From a virus (Duplodnaviria > Caudoviricetes), in the IMG/VR virus record IMGVR_UViG_3300032050_000433, positions 1 to 34,921 of that record: a stretch of 34,921 bases of DNA; one strand, 5' to 3'. Positions 15,801-24,784 of this stretch are shown piece after piece (position 1 is the first letter of the stretch; each line of letters begins with the position of its first letter). The translations under genes and the position numbers were made by a program. The notes below the pieces were generated by a model, which made no database searches, was not told the origin of the DNA, and saw only the letters and a list, made by a program, of their open reading frames with translations.

Positions 15801-16982
15801 GATTGGGCTATCCGTAAACGAACCAGCCCCCGCCAGCATCTTGGCATAGTCACCAGACGCAGCACCCTGTGCAATGTTTACAGCAGCATTGATCTCAGAC
15901 GGTGTAAACCCAGTCAGGTTGGAAATACCCGTGGTAATGCCTGCCGTGGCTCCGCCAGTCAGTGCGCTGGTCAGGACGTTGCCAAAGTCACCGGTTGCAA
16001 TCGCCGATGGGAGTGCCCGCGCACCCGCAGTGATGCCGCTTGTTACGGCTTGGCCAAGTGCAGAACTGTTTAGTTGGCTTGCAACTTGAGAGCCAGCCGA
16101 GTTTGCAAACGCAGCAACTTTTTCTGCCGCTACGCTTCCAAGCCCGCTTGCTGCTGCTGCTTGCAAAACATCTTCAAAACTGCCACCTTTTGCAGCCGTA
16201 ACTGCTGCATTAACAGCAGCACTACCAAGAGCCGATGTTGCCGCTGCAGATAACCCCTGGATACCTAGTGTGGATGCAATAGTTCCACCAATCCCAGCGG
16301 TAAATGCCGGGTTTAGCGTAGCCATTGAAGCGGCCATAGTAGCCGCTATAGCCAAGCCTTCTTTTAGGCCACTCTCAGAAACATCAAATGTTTGCGTTGG
16401 GTTACCGTAGGCATCATATGCTTGGTAAGTTGTAGTTTTACCAGACCAACTATCGCCTGTTTGTCCTATTTCCTTATTGATTTGAATATCATCACCAAGG
16501 AAATCCCTGGTGTCCGTGCCACGACCAAGATTTGCGGTTTCTGGTCGCTCGATAAAACTACGCGCTTCAGGGCTAAAAGCATTCCAATCTTCTTCGGAAT
16601 ATCCGTATTGATTGAGCGCGGGTGTTGGAGCCAGAGTCGGCGTCGGGGCAACGTAATCAGATACGAGGTCTTCGTATGTATATGCATCGGTGTCAAATCC
16701 AGGCTCTTGTGCCAGGGTTTGATAAGCGTTCTGTTGTATTGGGGCTGGAGTTGGCGCAGGGGTGGGAGCAGGAACTCCCAGACCCTTGCTTTGCATCCAA
16801 TCAACATCGCCTTGAGAGTACCCAAGGACATCTCTTAGCTGATCCCCACTTACACCAAGTTGGTTGAGTAAGTTGATTCTTGCAAGTGGGTCTGTGGTGG
16901 TTTCCCACCCGGTCGGCATGGCTGCGCCAAGACGCTCAAACTGTTCTTGAGAAGATAGCGTTTGATACAGCGGAAGAGCCAT
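12828..16982 (-). CDS. large low-complexity putative internal virion protein (1384 aa)
   Basis: Long ORF with Gly/Ala zipper regions, PDTx and PTPA tandem repeats and an FGEAFRAAR..G..FTW module; lies downstream of the nozzle/spike genes. Confidence 0.8.
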   Translation of the reverse strand: MALPLYQTLSSQEQFERLGAAMPTGWETTTDPLARINLLNQLGVSGDQLRDVLGYSQGDVDWMQSKGLGVPAPTPAPTPAPIQQNAYQTLAQEPGFDTDAYTYEDLVSDYVAPTPTLAPTPALNQYGYSEEDWNAFSPEARSFIERPETANLGRGTDTRDFLGDDIQINKEIGQTGDSWSGKTTTYQAYDAYGNPTQTFDVSESGLKEGLAIAATMAASMATLNPAFTAGIGGTIASTLGIQGLSAAATSALGSAAVNAAVTAAKGGSFEDVLQAAAASGLGSVAAEKVAAFANSAGSQVASQLNSSALGQAVTSGITAGARALPSAIATGDFGNVLTSALTGGATAGITTGISNLTGFTPSEINAAVNIAQGAASGDYAKMLAGAGSFTDSPIPGLASKALTLKEAVESGNPTRIMSAMQGFGSAMDAYNNQQARDNSKTDTGDETARLQARYGTADDAVIKQIEAMSPKTTGPAGTTADVEQALYEDVLRQAPSVTESTITPEELARIVSGDTAPTAKTTTETTAPVQGPYDKYVDFGEAFRAARSVLGAGKSFTWTDPITGSTKTYTTDYAPAAPKDAGAGRGIAPGVTAANAAQLSAIPLRTETARTVSTPKLTDTDSGIDYSAAATDMQGTAPSADATYATLSQNAQSLANAAKGTAFQTPTALVLDAVSQLGTSFSSAFGGVGKDNTTLQEFKKIQDIATSITPDAVLKDLASLNKSIQSADGVLQTLGAVGAGIYKQPLAIGWQIGSEIVQEIPLLGIGKAVQVGAKALEFSKRIADTLGVTTSVASNMLENGGSARNETYDATQALLKDSVKSGQITQVEADTIAQKQADNAFVKSMAVTGAISFIPGGTALEKRIIVGGAVNDAKSAITTGLKVAAKETVPEGVEEGATDYITQGESLRSIGKGYADVSPSQVAAATGLGAIIGAGSSGSIATGAGVVDTLSGSTGAAATEPGVAQTVSSGDVTKPAVKTEPTFDPNTVVATDPDTGDTLTLGDLTGSTISSAGTTTKIDPTLEPLSDTELDSDQIINDYINEVLGGNAPATSSTENVVLGTDPDTGAEVTMGDLGLTPKTTTETAPDLSTPIATDQNTGEVITLGDVTATTAPDTTPKTEATSDTAPKPDTRPDTQPDVQPDTQPEPDTTPDVAPDTAPDTAPDTAPDTAPDTVPDVAPDTAPDTTPDVTPDTAPDTTPDTTPDTTPDTTPDTAPDTAPDVAPDTTPDTTPDTTPDTTPDTTPDVAPDTTPDTVTDTTPDTKTEIPPEVKPRVSVEPPTPEPTPAPTPAPTPPPPAPTPAPPAPTPAPTPAPTPKPATTSKPKAPSPAPKPQAQSPQMTPELAAFIQELMRTEEADLEAMTMVRKAEREEKRKGAREKLKSRKA
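13198..13650 (-). repeat. 12-bp tandem repeat encoding PD(T/V)(T/A), roughly 35 units
   Basis: Degenerate gtatctggcgtg / gtgtccggagtg units; protein PDTTPDTAPDVAPDTT... Confidence 0.95.
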
Positions 16983-16993
16983 TTCTTAACCTA

Positions 16994-18364
16994 TCACTGC
17001 GTCAAATCGTAGAAGGTCAAAGACCCGATGGCCGCACCGGAAGAGCCAGACAGCACCCGGATGCCCAGCGTATAGATATCACTCGTCCCAGTCAAGGAGG
17101 AGCCCAACTGAAGATCCCAGTTGTACCCAGCAGTCTGGTTGATCGTCCCGCTGGACTGGTTAGTGGACTTAACGTACTGGATATCTACAATGGCGCCTAC
17201 CGTCATGGCCGTGGCAGAAGTGTCCATCTCCACGTTGGCGTCACTTGCAACTGCAGCCCAAGAAGCCCCAGTCAGCCCCGTGCTGTTCTTTGCCAGAATA
17301 ACCTCAAAATCGTCCCCCGTTGAGGTCGGCATTACGTTAAATTTGGCAGGGAGCACCACTGCGTTCAGCGCCGTAGAAGCCAGCCGGATGGACACCAACG
17401 GTACAAAAGTCGTGCCTATCCCGGTCAGTGTTGCAGTTCTGCGGGCCACGTGCTCAATGGATGTCTGTTCGTACCCACCTTCTGAAACCACCGAGGAGCA
17501 AATTTGCTTCATGAACGAAGCGCTTGCCGTCGCTGCGGTGTTGGTAATCTCGTACCTGACCGGCAAAATTGCCGTGGTCATGTAAACAGAAGTGATGTCG
17601 TTTGCATTCTCAAAGGTGTGGCAGACGATGTAGTTGCCGTCAATGATGAACCCGCACCGAACAGATCCAACCCCAAGCCACTCAAAGTCCATCCACAAAA
17701 TTTGTGCTTTGGTCAGGTCCAGGGTGTAGCCGGAGTCCCCCGTCCCATCAAGTTTGTCGCCGTTCCAGTCCGCTTGGTTGACCGCCCGCGCATCGCTGAC
17801 AGATCCTGAGATGTAAGACCTCAGGACGAAGGAAACAGTGCTGTCCGCTTGCTGGAGGAAGACGCCGTTTTGGGTTCCAAAGTACCCCGCCCGTTGACGC
17901 AGCCCGGTCTTGGCAGTGTTCATGACGAACGTAGCCAAACACAACAACCCCTTACCCGGCTGGTACGGCATGCACCTGTAAGTCTGTCTTACAACTTCAG
18001 ACCCACTGGAGGTGGTGACATTCATCCTCACCGATGATTCGTTGGTCAAGTACGTGGTTGAGCCTCCAGTGGCGGTGCTGGTGTCAAACTGATTGTCAAT
18101 AGCGTAGCGGTTCTGAGAATCAAACAGCGTGTACGGAGCGCTGGTTCTTAGCCGCCCGAACGCATCAACATTGGTGCCGCCAATAGAGATTGGTACTGGG
18201 TTTCCTGTAGTTGCCACGATCTGCCCCAGTAAGTTGTCAAGCTGATTGAAGTACAGGCGCAGCACATTGACAAGCGCGTCCATATAGGACTTGTCGTAGT
18301 CTAGCGTTGGCTTGGGTAGCGCAGGCGCGGTAAAGCGCTTGATGATGGCTGCCCAGATCGTCAC
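16994..18364 (-). CDS. putative tail spike/fibre protein (456 aa)
   Basis: N-terminal APALP.P..DYD..Y...L..VLRLYFNQLD helical anchor, then a beta-rich DAFGRLRTS.PYTLFDS domain; GTGA-coupled to the nozzle gene. Confidence 0.65.
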   Translation of the reverse strand: MTIWAAIIKRFTAPALPKPTLDYDKSYMDALVNVLRLYFNQLDNLLGQIVATTGNPVPISIGGTNVDAFGRLRTSAPYTLFDSQNRYAIDNQFDTSTATGGSTTYLTNESSVRMNVTTSSGSEVVRQTYRCMPYQPGKGLLCLATFVMNTAKTGLRQRAGYFGTQNGVFLQQADSTVSFVLRSYISGSVSDARAVNQADWNGDKLDGTGDSGYTLDLTKAQILWMDFEWLGVGSVRCGFIIDGNYIVCHTFENANDITSVYMTTAILPVRYEITNTAATASASFMKQICSSVVSEGGYEQTSIEHVARRTATLTGIGTTFVPLVSIRLASTALNAVVLPAKFNVMPTSTGDDFEVILAKNSTGLTGASWAAVASDANVEMDTSATAMTVGAIVDIQYVKSTNQSSGTINQTAGYNWDLQLGSSLTGTSDIYTLGIRVLSGSSGAAIGSLTFYDLTQ

Positions 18365-20244
18365 GATTTACGTCCGTCAGGCCTGATGTCTAAACGACAT
18401 GCACCAAGCTGCCACTGCACACCAAGTTGGTCTGATGCGGCCTTGAGAGAAATCTGCCTGCCACGCACTCGAATGTTTACCTGCCCCGTGAACTGGTCAA
18501 TCGGCACTGTGGCGCTACGCACTACAGGGTAAGCGTTTTCACCTGCCACCGACATATCTGAAGTCACGGAAGCAACAGGCACCACACCTCGGGTATACCC
18601 TGAGCCTGAGTTCTGCAAAGGTAACAGCGTCAGGTTCATCGTCGGGCTTTCAGATATGGAACCGGTGAAGTTCACATCAGGCAGCACCCGCCAGACAAAC
18701 CCAAAGTTGTGCCCGTCTTCAATATCAAACTCGGACGAAGTAATGAACGCTGCAATCGGCAGCGTGGTCGTCGTGGCGTTGTCATCAACGCCGGTCTCGT
18801 GATAAATCAAGCGCCGGTTGTAGTCGGTAGCCATTGGCACATCATTGGACACGCTGGTGTCAATCCAAGCGGTCCTGCCCATCGTTCCGTAATACCACGC
18901 CTTCTCGACGTAGTTGTAGATCACGTAACTGTCAATCGCGGTGCTATTCTTGGAGCAGTAAAACCACCAAACTTCATTGAACTGCTCGTTTGTGGATGCA
19001 AAAACCTGCTGAGATTGGTTTAGGTTGAAATTGTTAAACACAAACTGACGCAGATCGCAGACCAGATTCTGGACGCGACCGTCGTACATATAAAACTTAC
19101 CGTTACCCATCCAGTACGTCACACCAGCAGCCGTCGCCCATGCGCGGTCACTAAGGATGGAAACGCTGTCGGATAGGATCTGTGAGCCCCAGACAATAGG
19201 AGGCCCCAGGTACTGCAGTGAGTACAAGGCTGTGTCGGTCCAAACCAAGAACTCCTGGCGGACCTGGGCTACAGCCTCAATGACAGAGCCGTGAGACAGG
19301 CGCAAGCTGCCCGCTTGATTGGTTGCAGAAGGGGTCCAATTGACCGCGCTCTCCTGATCCGACCATCTGATCAGCATTGTGTCTTGCGTGGCAGAGCCGT
19401 AGTCATTACAGCCCAGCGCCAAAACAAAACGCGATGTGTCGGACACCACAACCAAGTGCTGCACGGTAGGCACATCAGAGGCACCAGCCAAAGATGTCAG
19501 CGCCACGCCACGAGTGCTTAAACCTGCTGTCTGGTCCCAGTAATACAGCGGACCATCCTTAGGCCCAAAGATCAAGTCTTCGCCAAAGTTGTCATTGTTC
19601 CAAACACGGATAGACGATGTGCTTGCAAGGCCGTTGCCCCAAGTCCCAAGGCCCCATCCTCCGGCACCCCAGCCAGTCACTGCTGTTTGCAGAACATCAC
19701 CAACACTTACTTGGTAACTTGCAAGGACAGTAGCGCCACCATAAGAGCCAACAGCAATGTTGGAGCCGGTTGTGATGGTGTATGTGTCGGCGGTCAGAAC
19801 CGTGACTTGAAACTCTGCATTAAAAATGGTGTCGTAAGTGCCTGTCGCGCCACTGAAAGTTACGAAATCACCCGTGATGCAGCCGTGAGCAACATCAGTC
19901 ACAGTGACGGTGGTGGTGCCGTTGCCTGTAAACGGATTGTTCAGTGTTGCTGTGCTTCGGATGGGCGTGACATCGTTGTACGTGCCCCCACCAGACAGCG
20001 CGATGTAGTACTTCAGGTTTGTGCCAAGCCCTACATAAGCCACGCCTGACAAAGCCGACCACGCCCACAAGGAGCGGCACACACCCAGGAACTGCTCATT
20101 GCTGACCTGCTGCCAGCCGCCAATCTTTTCTGGACTTCCTTGACGGAAGCGGATCTTGTCACAGGAGTACCAGCCGCCCTCATTGAAGTAGCGGGTGTTT
20201 TCTCTGTTTACACCAGACTTGGCTACAAATTTCTTGAGTGGCAT
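18361..20244 (-). CDS. tail nozzle / tail tubular B-like (P22 gp10-like) protein (627 aa)
   Basis: Size and propeller-like motifs (IRWSDQE...W.P..TNQAG.LRL, YWMG...FYMYDG.VQ.L.C, FNEVWWFY, R.RGRQ); sits just before the ejection genes. Confidence 0.8.
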   Translation of the reverse strand: MPLKKFVAKSGVNRENTRYFNEGGWYSCDKIRFRQGSPEKIGGWQQVSNEQFLGVCRSLWAWSALSGVAYVGLGTNLKYYIALSGGGTYNDVTPIRSTATLNNPFTGNGTTTVTVTDVAHGCITGDFVTFSGATGTYDTIFNAEFQVTVLTADTYTITTGSNIAVGSYGGATVLASYQVSVGDVLQTAVTGWGAGGWGLGTWGNGLASTSSIRVWNNDNFGEDLIFGPKDGPLYYWDQTAGLSTRGVALTSLAGASDVPTVQHLVVVSDTSRFVLALGCNDYGSATQDTMLIRWSDQESAVNWTPSATNQAGSLRLSHGSVIEAVAQVRQEFLVWTDTALYSLQYLGPPIVWGSQILSDSVSILSDRAWATAAGVTYWMGNGKFYMYDGRVQNLVCDLRQFVFNNFNLNQSQQVFASTNEQFNEVWWFYCSKNSTAIDSYVIYNYVEKAWYYGTMGRTAWIDTSVSNDVPMATDYNRRLIYHETGVDDNATTTTLPIAAFITSSEFDIEDGHNFGFVWRVLPDVNFTGSISESPTMNLTLLPLQNSGSGYTRGVVPVASVTSDMSVAGENAYPVVRSATVPIDQFTGQVNIRVRGRQISLKAASDQLGVQWQLGACRLDIRPDGRKS

Positions 20245-20246
20245 GA

Positions 20247-20750
20247 CTACCCCAAAAACAACGCACGTTCATCCCTGCGCCGCCTGACCAGTCCTGGCAA
20301 TTCCTTGCCACCACCCTTTGTCCACATCATGAATGCATCAGCGGCATCTTCAAACTCACCGCGATTATTCTTCATCCGGATGGTGCTGCGCTGATAATTT
20401 CCCAGGCCTGCGTTGAATGCAAAAGAGACCACAGCGTCAAATGCGCCTTGACGACCAACCAGATTAGGAGACAGTCGAAGAGCACCACGCTCAAAAGACG
20501 CGACATCTTCGCTGAAGAGCTCTTCAATCTCATCTTTAGTCCAGGCGCGATTGTCTTCAGGGCGCAGCGGGAACTCTTTGCGGATCATGCCTTGGTAGTC
20601 GCCTACACGAACTACAGGCAGTCTGATCTGCTCTTGATACAGAACTCTTCCCCAGCCAACCGTCCAAATTTGGGCCGGGCATAAATATGGCCTGTTCCGA
20701 TACCCTTCGTACCGGTGCATCAGCGCCGCACCGATGGGGCTCAGTTTCAC
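20247..20750 (-). CDS. endolysin, GH24 phage lysozyme (167 aa)
   Basis: EG....PYLCPA.IWTVGWG, FDAVVSFAFNAGLG, W.KGGGK.LPGLVRRR..ER.LFL; GTG start at 20750 overlaps the upstream TGA, with SD GGAG. Confidence 0.95.
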   Translation of the reverse strand: MKLSPIGAALMHRYEGYRNRPYLCPAQIWTVGWGRVLYQEQIRLPVVRVGDYQGMIRKEFPLRPEDNRAWTKDEIEELFSEDVASFERGALRLSPNLVGRQGAFDAVVSFAFNAGLGNYQRSTIRMKNNRGEFEDAADAFMMWTKGGGKELPGLVRRRRDERALFLG

Positions 20751-21232
20751 TTCTTGCTCCCACACTTGTCAAAGTGATAACGGCGCATATTCCCGCCGCC
20801 GCCTTCAACCTCGCAATGCGGGCACTTCAATACTTGCCTTTTGCCCTTACACGCCGCACTAAGTTTAGCCCGATAGTCAGGGTCAGCCAGACGCTTTGCT
20901 GCCGCCTTGACATAAAGATGTCGTTTGCGCTTGACTCCAGTTGCACCATTGGCGCTTGGTGCCTTGTTGTACAAGTCACTCAACCACATTTCAAGAAATG
21001 CAGTCTCCAGTTCTTTTGCCTCTTCAATTGAGTCGGTTTTGCAAATCACCTTAAAGTCAAAACCGCCTACGCCATACGCCTTTGCGTCTTCAGCGTAGCC
21101 TTGATAGTGCAAAAACCGACCTGTATTGATGTAGCACTTGTGATGCCGCATTCGCAGTTCAACATTTGTGGAGCTGCCAATGTACGCCCTGCCATTGTGT
21201 TTATTGACAACAGCGTACAAACCAATAGTCAT
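20747..21232 (-). CDS. free-standing GIY-YIG homing endonuclease (161 aa)
   Basis: GLY.VVN..NGRAYIGSS.N...R..HH, conserved Glu (ELETAF), YN; NUMOD3-like RAKLSAACKGK; C-terminal CPHC...MRRYHFDKC Zn module. Confidence 0.9.
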   Translation of the reverse strand: MTIGLYAVVNKHNGRAYIGSSTNVELRMRHHKCYINTGRFLHYQGYAEDAKAYGVGGFDFKVICKTDSIEEAKELETAFLEMWLSDLYNKAPSANGATGVKRKRHLYVKAAAKRLADPDYRAKLSAACKGKRQVLKCPHCEVEGGGGNMRRYHFDKCGSKK

Positions 21233-21732
21233 TTCTTGCTCCAGCTACGCGATCCAAACCAAAACCCTAGTATACCCCCAAGCATTGCCATCTCGTCATC
21301 AGAGAAGATCACCGTAGTGATGCGGATGAGGTCATCCACGTTGTTGATCAACCCCTGCTGATTAAACGCATACCAAGCGATGGCTGCGTTAATGGCGACA
21401 AGCTCAAGGATGAAGATGTACGTGACCGTCGGCCTGACGGTGCCCACGTAGCTGGCGACCCACTTGCTGGCCTTCTCCAGCACCTTCTTGTCATGGTCGA
21501 GCGCAGCCTCGGTCATCTTGGCCTCAGTCTGCATGGCAATCTGGTCGGTGCGGATCTCTTCCATGCGGGCCTGGGCAGCAAAACCTTGGGCAGCAAGCTG
21601 CAACTCCCGCTCGATCTGCACGCGGGCAAGTTCAAGTTCGTGCTTCTGGTCTGCGCGGTTCTGGAAGTAATCAAGCAGCTTCGGCAAGCCGCTGATGAGC
21701 AGGCCCCCAAGCGTTGAGAGAAGGGACAGCAT
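21229..21732 (-). CDS. holin-like membrane protein (3TM, GTA-holin-like; 167 aa)
   Basis: Hydrophobic N-terminus, D.KHELEL, VRPTVTY + TM, ILGFWFGSR C-terminus; upstream of the lysozyme. Confidence 0.75.
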   Translation of the reverse strand: MLSLLSTLGGLLISGLPKLLDYFQNRADQKHELELARVQIERELQLAAQGFAAQARMEEIRTDQIAMQTEAKMTEAALDHDKKVLEKASKWVASYVGTVRPTVTYIFILELVAINAAIAWYAFNQQGLINNVDDLIRITTVIFSDDEMAMLGGILGFWFGSRSWSKK

Positions 21733-21734
21733 GT

Positions 21735-22148
21735 TTAGCTCCTTGTGGTGATGGTGTCTTCACCCTTGGTGACCGTGACCTTGCCGTCGTTTACATCCAC
21801 ACGCATGGGCTGCTCTGGACGGTCAAGCCTGTCGAGCTTTTCAATCAGGGACTTGATGACCTCAAACTCAGGCTTCTCTTGCTTGGGGTTGGCCCCGGCA
21901 ATACCGTTAAGCATGGAGATAAGCGCCGTCAACGCAGCACCAAGCAGACCCATTACCGCAGCAATCTTCTCGGATTCAAGCGCCAAGGAGGCCAAGACAC
22001 CGATCACCACGATGAACGTGATGTAGAACAGCCCCTGCTTGCCGATGGCTTTGCCAGCGACTTCCTTGGCTGTGCTTTGGGCTTCAAGCCTGTTTAACTC
22101 GGCACGGGCCTGCTCTTGAAGCAGTTTGATTTCGTCTGCTTGGGTCAT
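21735..22148 (-). CDS. two-TM membrane protein, probably lysis-related (137 aa)
   Basis: TM segments LFYITFIVVIGVLASLAL and IAAVMGLLGAALTALISML; adjacent to the holin-like gene. Confidence 0.7.
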   Translation of the reverse strand: MTQADEIKLLQEQARAELNRLEAQSTAKEVAGKAIGKQGLFYITFIVVIGVLASLALESEKIAAVMGLLGAALTALISMLNGIAGANPKQEKPEFEVIKSLIEKLDRLDRPEQPMRVDVNDGKVTVTKGEDTITTRS

Positions 22149-22390
22149 GGCAGTGCGTTAATTTGCGCCTGCAAAGCCTGAATTTGAGCAAGCAGTTCTT
22201 CTTTGGTCGGGCTAGAAGGTTCAGGCGCAGAAGGCGAGGGAGGGGGTGCTGTCCAGTTGGTGCCATCGAAGGACCAACCAATGCCCGCTCCCTCTGGCAG
22301 TGCTACCCAGCCCTGTTCTGCTGCGTATTCGGGAGATGCTAGAACGGCGTTTATGACGATGTCGGACTCAATAATTGCGTAGTTTTTCAT
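22145..22390 (-). CDS. tail-fibre chaperone-like small protein (81 aa)
   Basis: YAII....VIN...AGIGWSFDG..W.AP pattern and PTKEELLAQI tail; follows a Gly-rich fibre gene. Confidence 0.7.
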   Translation of the reverse strand: MKNYAIIESDIVINAVLASPEYAAEQGWVALPEGAGIGWSFDGTNWTAPPPSPSAPEPSSPTKEELLAQIQALQAQINALP

Positions 22391-22396
22391 AGCGAT

Positions 22397-23419
22397 TTAC
22401 CAAGAAATTACGATAACTTGACCAGCAGCGCCATTGCCCCCGTTTCCAGACGCAACACTTCCGGTTCCTCCGCCGCCACCTCCACCAGAAGGAAAACCTC
22501 CTGCCCCACCCGCTCCAGCCGTGCCGCTATTAGTTCCGCCGCCACCACCCCCACCTGATCCATTAGTTCCCGCAGTACCAGCTACACCAGAAGAGCCGCC
22601 AGCACCACCGCCACCCACATAAACAATTGCGCTTGAAGCGCCAGATAATCCACCTGCACCACCTGCTTGGTTTGCAGGGCCACGACCGCCGCTACCTCCA
22701 CCACCACCGCCAAAAGCAGAACGACCGCCTTCAAAACTAGTAGTCCCATTCCCGCCTTTTGCTCCAGATCCACCTCCAAATACTGACGCAAATGTGTAAT
22801 CTGGATAAGTACCAGCAGCACCTTGACCCCCTTGTGGAGGGGCTCCAGGGACACCAGGGCTACTTGATATAGAACCTCCCTGACCTCCGGCCAAAGAGAT
22901 CAAGGAGCCGAAAGATGAAGTGCCCCCAGCAGAACCAACAGAGTTAGTGGTGGTGCCACCTGCCCCACCTGCACCAATAGTGACAGACTCCGTTGACCCT
23001 AAGGACGCGGCAGTAAATATTTTTTGAAAATAACCGCCGCCTCCACCACCTCCACCGCCATCTTCGTTATTGGCAGATCGAGCACCGCCACCACCACCAC
23101 TCCAAACCCCGACCATCACCGTCGTCTTGCCAGATGGCTTGGTCCAAGTGCCGGAAGAAGTAAATACTTGAACATCTGCCCCAGGCGGTGCAGAACTTGT
23201 CCAAGCAGTTCCGTTACTGGTCAGCACATTTCCAGACGTACCAACAGATGTAACGCCTGTGCCGCCATTAGCTACAGGCAAAGTACCCGTCACGCCCGTG
23301 CTTAACGGGATATTCGTAACGGTATTGCTGGCCCCGCTGATCGTCTTGTTGCTCAGCGTGTTGGTGCTGGTCGCCGTCAGGACGTTACTGGGCGTGATGA
23401 TGTTGGAAAGGTTTGCCAT
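22397..23419 (-). CDS. glycine-rich tail fibre/receptor-binding protein (340 aa)
   Basis: TNTLSNKTI and GTLPVANGGTG fibre modules, then an FTSSGTWTKP..GGGGGG..G.VIVISW Gly-rich domain. Confidence 0.8.
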   Translation of the reverse strand: MANLSNIITPSNVLTATSTNTLSNKTISGASNTVTNIPLSTGVTGTLPVANGGTGVTSVGTSGNVLTSNGTAWTSSAPPGADVQVFTSSGTWTKPSGKTTVMVGVWSGGGGGARSANNEDGGGGGGGGGYFQKIFTAASLGSTESVTIGAGGAGGTTTNSVGSAGGTSSFGSLISLAGGQGGSISSSPGVPGAPPQGGQGAAGTYPDYTFASVFGGGSGAKGGNGTTSFEGGRSAFGGGGGGSGGRGPANQAGGAGGLSGASSAIVYVGGGGAGGSSGVAGTAGTNGSGGGGGGGTNSGTAGAGGAGGFPSGGGGGGGTGSVASGNGGNGAAGQVIVISW

Positions 23420-23422
23420 GTG

Positions 23423-23884
23423 TTACTCCGGCTGAGTGGGCCACTGAACTTCCCAAGGGAAGCCGGTTTGAGAAGTGATGTCACGCAGTTCTTGACGGTA
23501 CGCCGCCCATGCGGCTTTGTCCACCGGGGCGTCAATTAACTGAGTCCAGTCGGTCTGATAGAGCTTTTGATTACGAGTAAAGCGCACCTCGGCAGATTTA
23601 CGCTCATCTTCTAATGTTTTCTCGCTATCGCTCATAGCAACTGTTTCCCATGTTTGACACCAGATTCCGTACTGATTTTTTACAGGAGTAACCTCGATAT
23701 TTTTTTGATACCGAGCAACGGGTGGCTGGCTACGAAAATCATAAATACCATAGCCAAACGGCTCAATAAATGAGTCCGTTATCACAGTTGGAAATGTCGC
23801 ATTTGTAAGAACTTGACGCAAATTTTCTTCAACAATTACGTTGCCTTCTGGTACGCCATTATTGAGTTTGATAAAGTGTGTCAT
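23423..23884 (-). CDS. tail fibre assembly chaperone (153 aa)
   Basis: R..RN.KL..TDWTQL.DAP...AW..YRQ.LRDIT.Q.GFP..V.WP..P signature. Confidence 0.9.
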   Translation of the reverse strand: MTHFIKLNNGVPEGNVIVEENLRQVLTNATFPTVITDSFIEPFGYGIYDFRSQPPVARYQKNIEVTPVKNQYGIWCQTWETVAMSDSEKTLEDERKSAEVRFTRNQKLYQTDWTQLIDAPVDKAAWAAYRQELRDITSQTGFPWEVQWPTQPE

Positions 23885-24784
23885 TTACACGTTCCCTGTA
23901 TTAGTTGATGGAAATTGGCGCGTGGTCCCGGGCCAAATGATACGAACTGCGCCGACGTTGCCTAACCCACCGTTCTCGCCGCCCCCGCTCTGCCCACCTC
24001 CACCGCCACCACCACCGTATTGCCCGCCATTCGCGCCAGCGCCGATACTTGGACCCGTTCCACCTGAGAAACCACCTGAGCCCCCGCCACCACCGTTACC
24101 GCCTGACCCGCCGCCAGAACCGCCGCTGCCAGAACCTAAAAGCCCTATGCCACCGCCACCGCCACCGCCACCGGGAACTCCATTACCGCCCCCACCGCCA
24201 CCTGAGTCGCCAGCACTACTACTGCCTGATGTGTTAAACGGCCCACCTTGGCCTCCCCCTGCCGTATAGCCGCCCGTGCCGCCACCGCCCCCTGAACCGC
24301 CGCCATCACCGTTACCGCCTGCCCCGCCTGCATTAACTCCAGTGCCTACGGTAGTGTTTGGGTTTGCAGGGCCTGAACCTCCGGATGGTGTTCCGCCGCC
24401 CCTGCCACCTTTTGCAAGAACAGTGCTGCTATTATTAAAGTAACTAGAACCACCGTAATCGCCCGAGTTGTTCGCCGTTCCTCCAAGTCCATAGATACCA
24501 ACAACTACGGTATAACTAACCCCTGGGGTAACTGAGTAATTATTTATGTAACTTAAATCCCCACCACCGCCGCCACCACCGCCACCAGAAGACCCACTGC
24601 TGCCACCACCTCCCCCGCCGCCTCCACCGACGCAAACAACGGAAACAGAGGTAACACCGGCAGGGCAAACCCAAGAATAAGTCCCGTCACCGGTATAGGC
24701 TTGTTGACCTGGGGGCGCGACAAAGCGACCAAGCATCCCAAACCCACGAGCGGAGGCAGCACCCCGAGTTCCGAGCATCGGCAT
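23885..24784 (-). CDS. glycine-rich tail fibre/receptor-binding protein (299 aa)
   Basis: MP.LGTRGAASARGFG leader, GTYSWVCPAGVTSVSVVCVGGGGGG, GAVRIIWPG..RQFPST end. Confidence 0.8.
   Translation of the reverse strand: MPMLGTRGAASARGFGMLGRFVAPPGQQAYTGDGTYSWVCPAGVTSVSVVCVGGGGGGGGGSSGSSGGGGGGGGGDLSYINNYSVTPGVSYTVVVGIYGLGGTANNSGDYGGSSYFNNSSTVLAKGGRGGGTPSGGSGPANPNTTVGTGVNAGGAGGNGDGGGSGGGGGTGGYTAGGGQGGPFNTSGSSSAGDSGGGGGGNGVPGGGGGGGGIGLLGSGSGGSGGGSGGNGGGGGSGGFSGGTGPSIGAGANGGQYGGGGGGGGQSGGGENGGLGNVGAVRIIWPGTTRQFPSTNTGNV

Noticed and set aside
20747-21232. Group I intron around the GIY-YIG gene
   Set aside because: No non-coding flanks; both neighbours are intact and directly coupled.
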